Below, one piece after another: positions 1 to 24,193 of a DNA stretch of 64,000 bases. The position numbers and the translations under genes are program-made. The stretch is taken from assembly GCF_009914755.1 (NCBI RefSeq), contig NC_060943.1; one strand, given 5' to 3'. The notes under the pieces are model-generated. The model worked only from the letters and a program-made list of their open reading frames with translations, had not been told where the DNA came from and searched no databases. The stretch is from the human T2T-CHM13v2.0 reference genome, Homo sapiens. Position 1 is the stretch's first letter. Each line of letters opens with the position of its first letter.

Positions 1-2
1 CA

Positions 3-890
<888 letters not shown>

Positions 891-1206
891 ATGATAGTTT
901 TGCAGGAGATAGAATTCTTGGTTGATATTTTTCTTTCAGTACTTGGAGTATGTCATCATCCCACTGGTTTGCGGCCTCCATGGTTTCTGGTGACAAATCA
1001 GCTGTTAATCTTGTACATGATGACTTATTTCTCCCTTGCCATTTTTCAGGATAGTCTGTCTTTGGCTTTTGACAGTTTAATTTTAAGGTATCTCAGTATG
1101 AGTTTTTAAGTGTATCCTATTGGGAGATCCTTGAGCTGCTTTGATGTGTAGACTTGTAATTTTCATCAAATTTGGGAAAGTTTGGCCATTATTTTTACAT
1201 ATATTC

Positions 1207-1503
1207 CTTTTTTTTTTTTTTTCCCGGAGTCTCACTCTGTCGCCCAGGCTGGAGTGCACTGGCACGATCTCAGCTCACTGCAACCTCTGCCTCCTGGGTT
1301 CAAGCAGTTCTCCCTGCCTCAGCCTCCTCAGTAGCTAGGATTACAAACGCGCACCACCACAGCTAGCTAATTTTTGTATTTTTAGTAGAGACAGGGTTTC
1401 ACCATGTTGGCTAGGCTGGTCTCGAACTCCTGACCTCAGGTGATCCTCCCACCTCGGCTTCCCAAAGTGCTGTAATTAGAGCGTGACCCATTGCACCTTG
1501 CCA
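1207..1503 (-). mobile_element. Alu
   Basis: Antisense Alu consensus with poly(T). Confidence 0.9.
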
Positions 1504-1940
1504 ATTTTTCCATATATTCCTTCTGCTCCTTTCTCTGTCTCCTCTCCAGTAGCAACTCCCATTATGTGTATTCAGATGTTTGATGGTATCTTCTGGGTTT
1601 CTTAGGCTCTGCTCATTTTTTTCCCTTTATTTTTAATTTCTGCTCTACAGATCAGGCAATCTTAATTGACCTGTCATCAAGTTCACTAATTGTGTCTTCT
1701 GCCTGATCAAGTCTTCTGATGAACCCCTCTAGTACATTTTTCATTTCAGATAATATATATTTTTCAATTTTAAAATTCCTATTTGGCTCCTTTTTATAAT
1801 TTCCATCTCTTTATGATTTTCTCTATTTGGTGAGAATTCATTCTCATGGTTTCCATTAGTTCTTTGTACACAGTTTCCATTAACTCCTTGAGCATATTTG
1901 AAATAGTTGATTTGAAGTCGTTGCCTAATAAATCCAATGA

Positions 1941-2308
<368 letters not shown>

Positions 2309-2726
2309 ATTTTTTTGTTTCTTTACATGCCTCATAATTTATTTGCTGAAAACTACTTTCAGAATATTACAATATGGCAGTTCTTTAAATCTGATTTCCC
2401 CCCTCCCCAAGGTTTGTTGTAGTTGGTATTGTTTCTTTGTTTAGTGACATTTCTGAACTAATTTTGTAACGTCTGTATTGGTCATGTGTGGCCACTGAAG
2501 TCTCTGTTCTGTTAGCTTAGTGTTCAGCTTGGGATTAATTTGTCAGAGATTTTTTTAAATACCTGGAACCCAAAAGATGACCAGTCTTTGCCAATGGATC
2601 TGAATTACATGTTGGAGCATGCCTTCAAAACTCAGCTAAAGCATCTTACAACTCTGACTTAGCCTTCAGTTCCTTCTTATGCAGAGCCTGAAGGTCAGTC
2701 AAAGGTGAGGGCTTGGTGCCTTCTCA

Positions 2727-3466
<740 letters not shown>

Positions 3467-3916
3467 TTAAAATGTCACAAATCTCTCTTACCCAGATTCA
3501 GCTGTTTGTCTTGATTAGGCATTCTCCTGTGGCTGTAAACTTTTGATGACATTCAAGAGCTCCAATGAAGTTGATTCTGTGTTTGCCCATTTACATACTG
3601 TTTTTGTGAAGGGATGGAGTTGTGGAGTTCCCTACTCCACTACCTTCACTGACATTACTTCGTTTAAGTCCTTCATAAGCACCTCTGTTCCTAGGTCTGT
3701 GCTGGGATGTGGGAGTAGTGAAGAATGCAACAGACATGCCCCCCACCCTCATGGAGCTGTCTGTCTAATGCTATCTGTATGAAATGAAGATCTCCTTCTT
3801 TCCCTGACTATATATTCTCTGTAGTTAAATCTTTTGGGCTTTCAGATTCTGTATTTAAACCTGGACAGGGGCTCCTGGGACCAGTTATCCTGCAACCACC
3901 CTAGATATTGCTTGTG

Positions 3917-3918
<2 letters not shown>

Positions 3919-3953
<35 letters not shown>
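3919..3953. repeat. (GT)n microsatellite
   Basis: Pure GT run in a ZNF557 intron. Confidence 0.95.
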
Positions 3954-3956
<3 letters not shown>

Positions 3957-4107
3957 AAGACGGTTGCTATATTTATTCAATTTTGGCATAATTATTTCTC
4001 TGCTCCTGAAGTCACACCTCTTCACCTTCAGAACTGATTTCAGTTTCATGGGAGAGCTTGTCTGCTGCACAGTCCCCCTACATCATGTGTCTTTTCTCCA
4101 TGTACAG

Positions 4108-4203
4108 GGAACCAAGTTGATAAACCTAGGCTGATCTCCCAGCTGGAGCAAGAAGATAAAGTGATGACAGAAGAGAGAGGAATTCTCTCAGGTACCTGTC
4201 CAG
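4108..4203 (+). CDS. ZNF557: ZNF557 internal coding exon, KRAB-B box (GNQVDKPRLISQLEQEDKVMTEERGILSGTCP)
   Basis: 96-bp exon bounded by ttttctccatgtacag| and |gtgagc; phase 1/1; KPxLIxxLEQ KRAB-B motif. The KRAB-A exon is not in the window. Confidence 0.9.
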
Positions 4204-4717
4204 GTGAGCACCAGGTGGATATAAGTCCTTGTGAGGAACAGCTCTGGCCAGGGACTGAGAAGTTGGGAGTATTATAATACATTAGGAAATATCAGTCAGA
4301 GAACTGTGTAAATGCCCCTTTTCCCAAGAAGGCCAAGAACGTTTGGTCTGAGCCCCCTCATGTACCTTCATGACTTCCAACTTTCTGTCATCTCATACTT
4401 TACTTGGGCCTCAGGGGAGAAAAAAAGACATCTCTTTTTCTGAAATTTAAGTCTCCTATGAGCTCTTTGATCAGTTTCAGTCCACCTTGCCTTCCTGACA
4501 ATTCCTTCATTCTGTCAACATCAATCTCAATCTTCCTAGAGTCTTTCTTAAACATTGCCTAAAATTTTCACACCCATATCTCTTTCACCGAATGCCTTCT
4601 CAAAAACCCTCACCTCTCAGATTCTGCCTTCACTCACGTATGCATTTTACTATTTCACCATCAACTTAAAATTTGCCTCTTTTCTATCAACTTAAATTTC
4701 TTTTTAACTTGTTTCAG

Positions 4718-4800
4718 ATGTGGAGAATCCATTTAAAGCCAAAGGGTTAACTCCTAAGCTGCATGTTTTTCGAAAAGAACAATCTAGAAATATGAAAATG
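4718..4800 (+). CDS. ZNF557: ZNF557 linker exon (DVENPFKAKGLTPKLHVFRKEQSRNMKM)
   Basis: ttgtttcag| acceptor and ATG|gtaaga donor; joins 4203 (phase 1) to 5621 (phase 0) in frame. Confidence 0.88.
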
Positions 4801-4881
4801 GTAAGACTAACATGGGTGATTCCTGGTTTTTTTCATGGTAGAATGCCCTACATGAGAAAAGCCACAAGGACTGGCCTTGTT

Positions 4882-5200
<319 letters not shown>

Positions 5201-5620
5201 TTATTAAAGGAAAGTGTCATTTTTTTCAAAGATAAAGTAGTACCTCTGGAGAGATACTGTGAAATTATTTTGAATTTGGAGAAAAGCATTAGTTAGCCCC
5301 AAACTTGTTTTTCCTGAGAATTCCCACAAGTAAATATTTCCAGTAGTCTGAGTCAGATATTGGATATTTGAAAAAGAAATTAGCCTTAAATTTATCAAAA
5401 ATACTCTGTGAATATGATAAAGATTTGTAGAAAGAATCCATCTTCTTTAAATGCTAAGAATTCAAACTGACAGAAGCCATGTACCAGCACTCATGATGGC
5501 AAAAACATTAATTCCAATACTATGATACACAACAGAATTCCTGGGAGAGGAAATTCCTCTGACAGCATTCAATGTTAAAAATATTATAAATGGTACTTAT
5601 TGTCATCTCTTAATCAATAG

Positions 5621-6487
5621 GAGAGGAATCATCTTGGAGCAACACTCAACGAATGTAATCAGTGTTTTAAAGTCTTCAGCACAAAATCTTCCCTTACACG
5701 GCACAGGAAGATTCATACTGGAGAAAGACCCTATGGCTGCAGTGAATGTGGGAAATCCTACAGCAGTAGATCTTACCTTGCTGTTCATAAGAGAATCCAC
5801 AATGGGGAGAAACCCTATGAATGCAATGACTGTGGGAAAACCTTCAGCAGCAGATCTTACCTTACTGTTCATAAGAGAATCCACAATGGGGAGAAACCCT
5901 ACGAATGCAGTGACTGTGGGAAAACCTTCAGCAATTCCTCATACCTCAGACCGCACTTGAGAATTCACACTGGAGAAAAACCGTACAAATGTAACCAGTG
6001 TTTTCGTGAGTTCCGCACTCAGTCAATCTTCACAAGGCACAAGAGAGTTCATACGGGGGAGGGTCATTATGTATGTAATCAGTGTGGAAAGGCTTTCGGC
6101 ACGAGGTCATCTCTTTCTTCGCACTATAGCATTCATACAGGGGAGTACCCTTACGAATGCCACGATTGTGGGAGAACCTTCAGGAGGAGGTCGAATCTGA
6201 CACAGCACATAAGAACTCATACTGGAGAAAAACCCTACACATGTAATGAGTGTGGGAAATCCTTTACCAATAGCTTTTCTCTTACAATTCACAGGAGAAT
6301 ACATAATGGAGAGAAATCCTATGAGTGCAGTGATTGTGGAAAATCCTTTAATGTTCTCTCGTCCGTTAAGAAACACATGAGAACTCACACTGGAAAAAAA
6401 CCCTATGAATGTAATTATTGCGGGAAATCCTTCACAAGTAACTCCTACCTTTCTGTGCATACGAGAATGCATAATAGGCAAATGTGA
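5621..6487 (+). CDS. ZNF557: ZNF557 terminal coding exon, 10 tandem C2H2 zinc fingers, TGA stop
   Basis: Acceptor tctcttaatcaatag|GAG; 867 bp open frame (289 codons) with ten CxxC-12x-HxxxH fingers and TGEKPY/NGEKPY linkers; includes track ORF 5957..6487. Gene name comes from position next to the INSR 3' end and finger count. Confidence 0.9.
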   Translation, partial: ERNHLGATLNECNQCFKVFSTKSSLTRHRKIHTGERPYGCSECGKSYSSRSYLAVHKRIHNGEKPYECNDCGKTFSSRSYLTVHKRIHNGEKPYECSDCGKTFSNSSYLRPHLRIHTGEKPYKCNQCFREFRTQSIFTRHKRVHTGEGHYVCNQCGKAFGTRSSLSSHYSIHTGEYPYECHDCGRTFRRRSNLTQHIRTHTGEKPYTCNECGKSFTNSFSLTIHRRIHNGEKSYECSDCGKSFNVLSSVKKHMRTHTGKKPYECNYCGKSFTSNSYLSVHTRMHNRQM

Positions 6488-6569
6488 ATTCAGTAACTGT
6501 GGGAAAAGCATTCATTGATCTTTCATGCCTCAGATAACATGAGCAAACTCTAACAAGATGTATGAATCA

Positions 6570-7060
6570 CCTGCTACTGTGTAACAAATTACCCCCCAAA
6601 ATTTTGTGGCTTCAAACAAAAACACTTGTTATCTCAAAATTTTTGTAGGTCAGGAATTCAGAAACAACATAGCTCTATAGTTCTTCAGGATATCTCAAGA
6701 GGTTACAGTCCAGATGTCAGCAGAACTGTAATCATCCAGAATTGTTACTGGTGAAGGGACCACTTCCAAATGGCTTACAAGCCCGACAAGTGCATGCTAG
6801 CTGTTTCCAAGGGACCTGCGCTTCCAAATCACGTAGGCCTCTCAACAGGGCTGAGTTTCTTTATGGAAGCAACTTCTCCCCAAAGCCAGTGATCTAAAGG
6901 AGCCAACACAGAAAGCATAATGTCTTTTATGACCTAGCTTCAGTGAGATATGTTTTCATGTCCCTGTTACATTGGTCATACACACCAATCCTGATACAAT
7001 GTGGAAGAACACCACAGGAGGTATGAACAGTAGACATTCGGAACCATCTGGAAAACTTGC
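6570..7060 (-). mobile_element. MLT1-type MaLR LTR fragment in the ZNF557 3' UTR
   Basis: gtaacaaattacccccaaa...gtcaggaattcag signature. Confidence 0.55.
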
Positions 7061-7098
7061 CATGAAATCAGTGGAGGAAAGCCTTCAGCTGACCCTCA

Positions 7099-10310
<3,212 letters not shown>

Positions 10311-10436
10311 AACAGTGCCGAAAAATCACAATGATTTGAGTTCTTCAAAAACCTTTGATTGGCTGCATTGGCTCTGTTCTGCATATTACTAGACTTCTTA
10401 CATGATCACAAGTAACCACTAATTGGTTAAAACCAA

Positions 10437-10448
10437 AGAGAGAGAGAG

Positions 10449-10481
<33 letters not shown>
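10437..10481. repeat. Compound (GA)n(GT)n microsatellite
   Basis: agagagag...gtgtgtgt. Confidence 0.93.
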
Positions 10482-10484
<3 letters not shown>

Positions 10485-11253
10485 GTTGGGGGGTGTTGTG
10501 TTAGCTTCCAGGTGAATGCATTATCTGTTAATCCTGTTTATTGATCTGTTTTTATAAGTGCTCCATGATTCTCTGAAAACAGTATACTATGTATCTAATT
10601 TTTGGATACAGGATGGACATACGTACTCAAACTGTGTTTTTCAATTTGTACTGTATTTGTTTCTCTCGACCTGACTTAGTGATAGAGGTATATTAAAGTC
10701 TTCCACTAGCATGGTAGATTAACAAATTCTTTCTGTAATTCTGTCATTTTTACTTTATATATGTTTATGTGTAATGTAACTAGGTGCGTAGAGGTTTAGA
10801 TATTCTCCTGTGAATTTATTTATTTTCAGTAGGGGCCATACCTTTTCATACCAAATAATTGTAATATGAAAATATATTAACAAAAAGAGATCAAACATTT
10901 CGCTAGCCCATCCTATAGACCAGGCGCTCTTCAAAGTGCCTTATAAATATTAACTGCGTCCTCACTATAAGCTTGCAAACTGTGCTATTACTGTCTCCAA
11001 CTTACAGATGGGAAAACTGGCATGGAAATGTCTAGGTTGCTTGCCTGAGTTCACCAGCTAGTAAGTGGTAGAGCACAGACTGGAATCCAGACAGGTGATT
11101 CTCATAACCACTAGCCTGTTCATTGAGTACATTCCATGTGGCTAAGCACTGTTTGAGATGCCATGTCTAGAGCAGTGAATGAAACTCAAGTTTTGCCATT
11201 GAGGCACTTACATCCTAACGGGGAGGGGTGAATTATAGAAAAATCAACAACAT

Positions 11254-15623
<4,370 letters not shown>

Positions 15624-15667
15624 GTGGCATATTTCCCAGATTCTTCCTTTAAGACTAAGGCACTAAG

Positions 15668-16501
<834 letters not shown>

Positions 16502-17168
16502 TCAGTTGACAAGTTACATGTCAGCCTCATCTGTCCCCTCCGCTTCTCGCATGCCTTTAAAGATGTTGTTCCCAGGAGTTTTATCCAATAAACAAAAAAT
16601 TGCCAGCACAAAATCTGTTCCCAGAAAACCTGATCCGAGATAAGATCACTCTATCAGGGTAAAGAATCCATTCAGGGCCGGTCTCAGGAGATCGAGACCA
16701 TCCTGGCTAACACAGTGAAACCCTGTCTGTACTAAAAATACAAAAAATTAGCCGGGCGTGGTGGCGGGCGCCTGTAGTCCCAGCTACTCAGGAGGCTGAG
16801 GCAGGAGAATGGCGTGAACCCGGGAGGCAGAGCTTTCAGTGAGCCGAGATCGCGCCGCTGCACTCCAGCCTGGGCGACAGAGTGAGACTCCATCCCAAAA
16901 AAAAATAAAAATAAAAATCCATTCAGATAAGGGACTGGCAGAGAGAAAGCAGAATGTGGAATGGATGTGGAAGAATTAAATTCAGTCCTGAAGACCAGGT
17001 CCCAAAGCAGGAATAGAAGACAGCTATGCTTTGGGTTTGGGTTTTTTAAAAAATCTTTAATTTTTTCCGCTTTTTCCCTGGTTCCCCACCACCACCATCA
17101 CCATTTTATATGAAGAGTCCTGGTTGTGGCCAAAGCTTAAGGTTTCTGATGGGAATACGACCAAATGA

Positions 17169-17438
<270 letters not shown>

Positions 17439-17599
17439 TGATCCGCCCACCTCGGCCTCCCAAAGTGCTAGGATTACAGGCGGGAGCCACCGCGCCCGGC
17501 CCCCTTTGTATCTTATGTAGGGACATGAACTTAGCGCCAAGTGAAGGACAAGAATTGATATCCAAAATCCAATAGATTTTTCTTTTAAATACCTGAAAG

Positions 17600-18099
17600 T
17601 GAAACTGGCCCAATTTTCCCATATTGCTGATGTTTATGGTTTCCTTGAATAAACAAACAAATTGATCTTCCCAATCTTAAAACTTAAGAAAGTTACATTT
17701 ATCTTATCTGAGTTCCTTTCTCAGGAAACCAACCATCAGGCCTCCCAGATAGTATCTAGGAGCTGAAACGCACCAGAATACTGCATTTGTACAGTGAGAC
17801 ATCAGACCCATCACCCATCATGATTGCCTAACTGACCACCTGCTTCCTGTTGACCAACTCCTCTTCCTTACCCTTCCCTAATTCCTGTATTCCCACACAT
17901 GGTAACATTTCTTCCCTGCTATATAAACCTCAAATTTTAGTTGGTCAGGGAGATGGATTTGAGATTGTTCTCCCACCTCCTCAGCTGCAGCAGCTGATTA
18001 AAGCCTTCTTCCTTGGCAATACTCATTGTCTCAGCGATAGGCTTTCTGTGCAGTGGTGAGCAGCAGGACCTAGATTGAACCCCTGGTGTTTCAGCAACA
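17600..18099 (+). mobile_element. ERV1 solo LTR, MER39-like
   Basis: TGAAACTGGCCCAAT start, TATATAAA box, ATTAAA signal, ...CAACA end. Confidence 0.65.
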
Positions 18100-18216
18100 A
18101 CATAGTTCATCACCAGCAGAACTGCACTTCAAGAAACACTAAAGAAAGTTTTGGGCCAGACACGGTGGCTCACACCTGTAATCCCAGCATTTTGGGAGGC
18201 TGAGGCAGGTGGATCA

Positions 18217-18630
<414 letters not shown>

Positions 18631-19005
18631 TCAAGCCTGTATAGTTTTAACACTTTTATACGTCTAAATCTTTTTTTTTTTTTCAGACGGAGTCTCACTC
18701 TGTTGCCCACACTCACCTCACTGCAACTTCCGCCTCCTGGGTTCAAGCAATTCTCTTGCCTCAGCCTCCAAGTAGCTGCAACTACAGGTGTGCACCACCA
18801 CGCCCAGCTAATTTTTGTATTTTTAGTAGAGATGGGGTTTCGCCATGGTGACCAGGCTGGTCTCAAACTCCTGACCTCAAGTGATCCATCTGCCTTGGCC
18901 TCCCAAAAGTGTTAGGATTATAGGCGTGAGCCAACGTGCCCAGCCCTAATTTTTTTTTTTTTCAAATAAAAAGAGTTTTAAATCACATTGAACTGGTCCC
19001 TTAAA

Positions 19006-20600
19006 ACTAGAGATAATAGAAAGCATGGCAAGCCATTTCCCAGTCCCCCTAAGACTAGAGATTATGGAAGCCCCAGCAAGTGATTCTCACAATCTGCATA
19101 CAGCAGTAGAGCTGACAGAAGCCCTAGCAGGTAACCACCAGTCACCCTCAAAACAAGAGGCAACAGGATGCCAGATCTCCACCCCTCAATCACTTACAAA
19201 CACAAAAGATGGAGTCCAAACATGAAGACCTCCGTCATCGCGAAACTACTCCAGCAAGCACCCCTCAGTCACGTCCAAAACTATAACAGAAGTCCCTGAA
19301 ATGACCCCTTCAGATGCCCCTCAACACTAAAGAATGGGGACTCCAAGCCCAATGGCCTACCCAGTCTATACCAACAGTACAGGCAAGCGGAGACCCAGAA
19401 TATGACCCTCCCCAACTAGAGATAAGTGGAACCCCATCCAATAATCCCTCCATCCTCTCCCCAAACAATACACAGTAAGGCCTCTATCTGATAAATGCTC
19501 TTGACCCTTCAACACTAGAAAAAAATGGAAGCCCCAGGCACTGGCCCTCCAGTTACCTCCAACATCAGAGACAATGAAAGCTTCGCCAAGTGATTCCCCG
19601 TATCGCTCCTACATTAATGATGGAAACTCCAAAAACCAATCAACCCTCAATCCTCTACACACTCAAGAAAGGAACTCCAGGCCGGGTATGGTGGCTCACG
19701 CCTGTAATCCCAGCACTTTGGGAGGCCAAGGCGGGTGGATCACGAGATCAGGAGTTCGAGACCAGCCTGACCAATATGGTGAAACCGTCTCTACTAAAAA
19801 TACAAAAATTAGCCAGGCGTGGTGACACGTGCCTGTAGTCCTAGCTACTCAGGAGACTGAGGCAGGAGAATCTCTTGAACCCGGGAGGCAGAGTTTGCAG
19901 TGAGCCAAGATCACACCACTGCGCTCAAGCCTGGGAGACAGAGCAAGATTCTGTCTCAAAAAAAAAAAAAAAAAAAAAAAGAACTCCAGCAAATGCCACC
20001 ATTCTTACCCACTACCGCTGCAACATGCATCCCTTGTCTTCCCAAGACTATAAATAAGTATCCCCAGCAATGACACCCAAAACAAGCAATGGTCAGAATC
20101 TCAACAGGCAGCCCCCCAGATTCTACAACATAAGTGACAAACTCATACCCCAGAAAACTATCTCTCTTCCCATTATCCCAAAGTAAGAGTTAATAGAAGC
20201 ATCAGCAAGCAACACCCTTAACATAAACGAGGAGGGGAGCCCAGAATGCAAATCCCGTCTCCCCCAACATGAGTTGACTGCCCCTGCGGTGACCCCTCCT
20301 TTATCCCAAACACAAGGAATAATCTTAGCCCCAGCAGGCAACTCCTGCAGCCTCCCCTTGCAATATGAGTATCTCTACCCTCACAATATAGATTGATAGA
20401 GCCCTATCAAGCCAAGTGTCCCCTGCTAGGGGAATGTTGGGTACTCCAGTCTCAGAACATGGAAGACGATGGTAGTCCTGACAAGCTGGCAAATACTCTA
20501 AGCTCCCATAATACAGGAGGTGATACAGCCCAGCAAGCAAACCTTCCAACATTTCCTGCACCCAGCAGACCCTTATCAGCTGCATTCCCAGTTGACTCTC
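19006..20600. repeat. Ancient degenerate ~48-50 bp tandem array, interrupted by an Alu
   Basis: ACTAGAGATAATGGAAGCCCCAGCAAG-like heads at 19006, 19054, 19105, 19153, 19202, 19326, 19376, 19514, 19564, 19613 and 19661. Confidence 0.65.
19680..19980 (+). mobile_element. Alu inserted into the ~49-bp array
   Basis: TSD gaactccag on both sides. Confidence 0.9.
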
Positions 20601-21599
20601 AGAGCATCTCCTGCTCGCTCACTAGAAGCAAAGAAAGACTAGAGTTGGGGGTAAGGCTGAGAGGAAGAGAGAGGGGAGAAGGGTAAAAGAAAGAGAAGAG
20701 GGGGAAAGGAGACCTTCCAAGTTGTTCTAAACCCGGCCATGAATTCCAGATGCCTCAAACAGCTACAATCAGATCAGGCACTCCAGCACAAAAAAAGAGA
20801 TTCCGGGCTGATGAAAAGAGGTGGTCTGAAGGAAAGGTGGGTGTGTTGACTAGCCTTCAGAATGCTCACCAAAGACCCTTGCCACCTGATATTCCTGTCC
20901 TGTGTACCCCACCTCCAATATTGAATCATACACGACCCATATGATCAATACAGCACTGTTGCATGTGACATCTGAGGCTAGGTCATAAGACACACTGAAG
21001 CTTCCTCCTTGGTCTCTTCTATTGCTCTTTCTCTAGGAGAAGCCATCCGCCATGCCATGAGGAGACTCAAGCAGCCCCGTAACCAGTAACCAACTCACCA
21101 GCACCACATTGCTAGCCAGGGGATGAGCCACCTTAGATCTTCCAGCCCCAAATTTTGAACTCTAATTAATGATATGTAAGCTATCTGCAACCTACTTCAA
21201 AATGCATTTAAAAAGATGAATTGATGGATGATACAGAGATGTATATGACAAAGTATAGTAAAATGTTACTGATGAATGTTCCTGTACATTTTTTCAAAAA
21301 TTATTTCCATGCTTGAACATTGCTCATAATAATTTGTTAGTATTCAAGAACTCCTACGAAGCAGTAAGAGAAAGACCAAGAGTTAATTAGAGAAAGGAGC
21401 AAATGCTAACAACAGTTCACAGAAATACAAGTGGCTCTCCTAAGAAAAATGGGAAGTAATACATTGAGATTCCCTTTTTCATTGATCAGGAATTTTTTTC
21501 TTTTAAAAAGATAACAGATTGACCAGGATGTGGAGACACTGGCACCTCCATATCATAATGACGGGAACTCAATTAGTGCAACTCCCCCGGACTAAGACA

Positions 21600-22520
21600 A
21601 GGACCCAACCAGACCCAGAGCCACGCCGAGCCCAGGGTGCCATGGGGAGACGCGGAAAGAGCCGAACTGAAGCGGCGAAATCGGAGAAAACTGAAGCCGG
21701 GCGGAGAAAGCCGAACTGAACGAACTGAGCCGAGGAGCGGCGGAGAAGCCAAGGCTGGGCGAGGGGAGCCAAAGACGGGTGGTGGGAGCCGAGGTCGGCC
21801 GAGAGGAACCGGAAAAGCCAAGGCCAATGGGAGGAGCCGAGGCCAGGCGGGAGGAGCCGAGCAGGGCCGAAAAGCAGCGGGAAGGGCGGCGGAGAAGCCG
21901 AGCCATGGCCAGGACGGAGGGAGGGGAAGTTTCAGGTCGGAGACAGAGAGGGACAGGCAGCGCCATGGTAGGACGCCAGGCGAGGACGGATGGGGAAGCC
22001 GAAGCTGGGCGGAAAGAGCCGAAGCCAGGCGCGAAGGAAGCCGAAGCTGGGCGGGGGAAGCCGAGGCTCGGCGGAAGAGCCGAGGCCGGGCGGGAGGATC
22101 CGAGCTGGACCGAAAAGCGGTGGCACTGGCGCCAAGCGCGGGAGGTCGCGGGGCAGAGAGGGCGAAGGGAGGGTAGCACCTGGGGTGAGGGCGGGCGGGA
22201 GAGTCGAGCTGGGCAGAAAGAGCGGAAGCCGAGAGCAAGTGCGGGGTTGAGGGCGGGCGAACCGAGGCAGGGCCCTGGAAGCCGAGGTCCAGCGGGTGGC
22301 GGAGAGGGTAACCGAGGCTGCGTGGGAGGAGCCGAGGTCGGGTGGGAGAAGTCGAAGCCCCGGTCGAAGGAGCTGATGCCAAGTGGGAGGAGCCAGTGCC
22401 GGGTGGGAGGAGCTAAGCGGGCGAAAAGCGCTGAGGTTGAGCCGGGACCCATCTTCTTGGGAGCAGGGGAAGGGAGGTCAGGGGACTGCAGTGGGGAAGG
22501 GGCCGTGGATGGTTGAGCCC
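21600..22520. promoter_or_regulatory. CpG-island-like region built from a degenerate ~20-bp GC-rich repeat (RAGCCGAGGCYGGGCGGRRG)
   Basis: Dense CpG and strong G+A skew. AGCCGA cores recur every 19-22 bp (e.g. 21997, 22017, 22039, 22059, 22078). GC boxes (GGGCGG) present. Confidence 0.75.
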
Positions 22521-22922
22521 GAAGCTGTCAACATGGCCAGAGTCATCTGCAGGGCCTCAAACTGCCTCTGCAAAAATTAATAACAGTGAGAAAATTATGA
22601 CAGTGAAAGACACCTGACCCACTCCATCTCGCCTTTAACCTCCAAACTCTCCTCGGTCATTCCTAGGTGTGGGCCAAGCTAACCTTGGGAGAAATTTAGT
22701 TACAGTTTAAATAACAATAGCCTTTCCTAAAACTAAACCGCCTTATAAAAATAAGAGATCACCAAGTTATGATTAGAGTAGGGCCGGAATTCTGCTCAGA
22801 TGTAGACTTCGTTAAGGATTACCAGCCCTTGCTCAGGTGATCACAAGATTTGTAACCCTTCCAATTACTCCTGTAAATAACATCACTATTGTAGAAGCTA
22901 AGATTGGCCTTTTGAGATGTCA

Positions 22923-23811
<889 letters not shown>

Positions 23812-23995
23812 AGACTTTTGCATTTCTGACGACCGGATGATTCCTGTGGCCCCCACCCAGAAACAAACTCAGCACACAAGGACTGTTTATTTCCACGCAT
23901 CCTGGACCAATTAACAGCACCTGTTCCCTGCCTCCCTGCCCACGAAACTATCTTTAAAAAACCCTAGCCTCCAAATTTTCAGGTTCCCCATTTAG

Positions 23996-24193
<198 letters not shown>

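Noticed and set aside
5603-6511. Antisense and alternative-frame ORFs over the zinc-finger exon
   Set aside because: Shadow ORFs typical of C2H2 arrays; the real frame is 5621-6487 on +.
21573-22516. Four overlapping long ORFs (179-286 aa) on both strands of the CpG island
   Set aside because: Stop codons are depleted by the T-poor GC-rich repeat; the products are low complexity with no recognisable domain. The one good-Kozak ATG I checked (21642) opens only ~25 codons.
19006-22520. CRISPR-like repeat-spacer interpretation of the periodic arrays
   Set aside because: This is human genomic DNA; the units are degenerate rather than identical repeats with unique spacers, and there are no cas genes.
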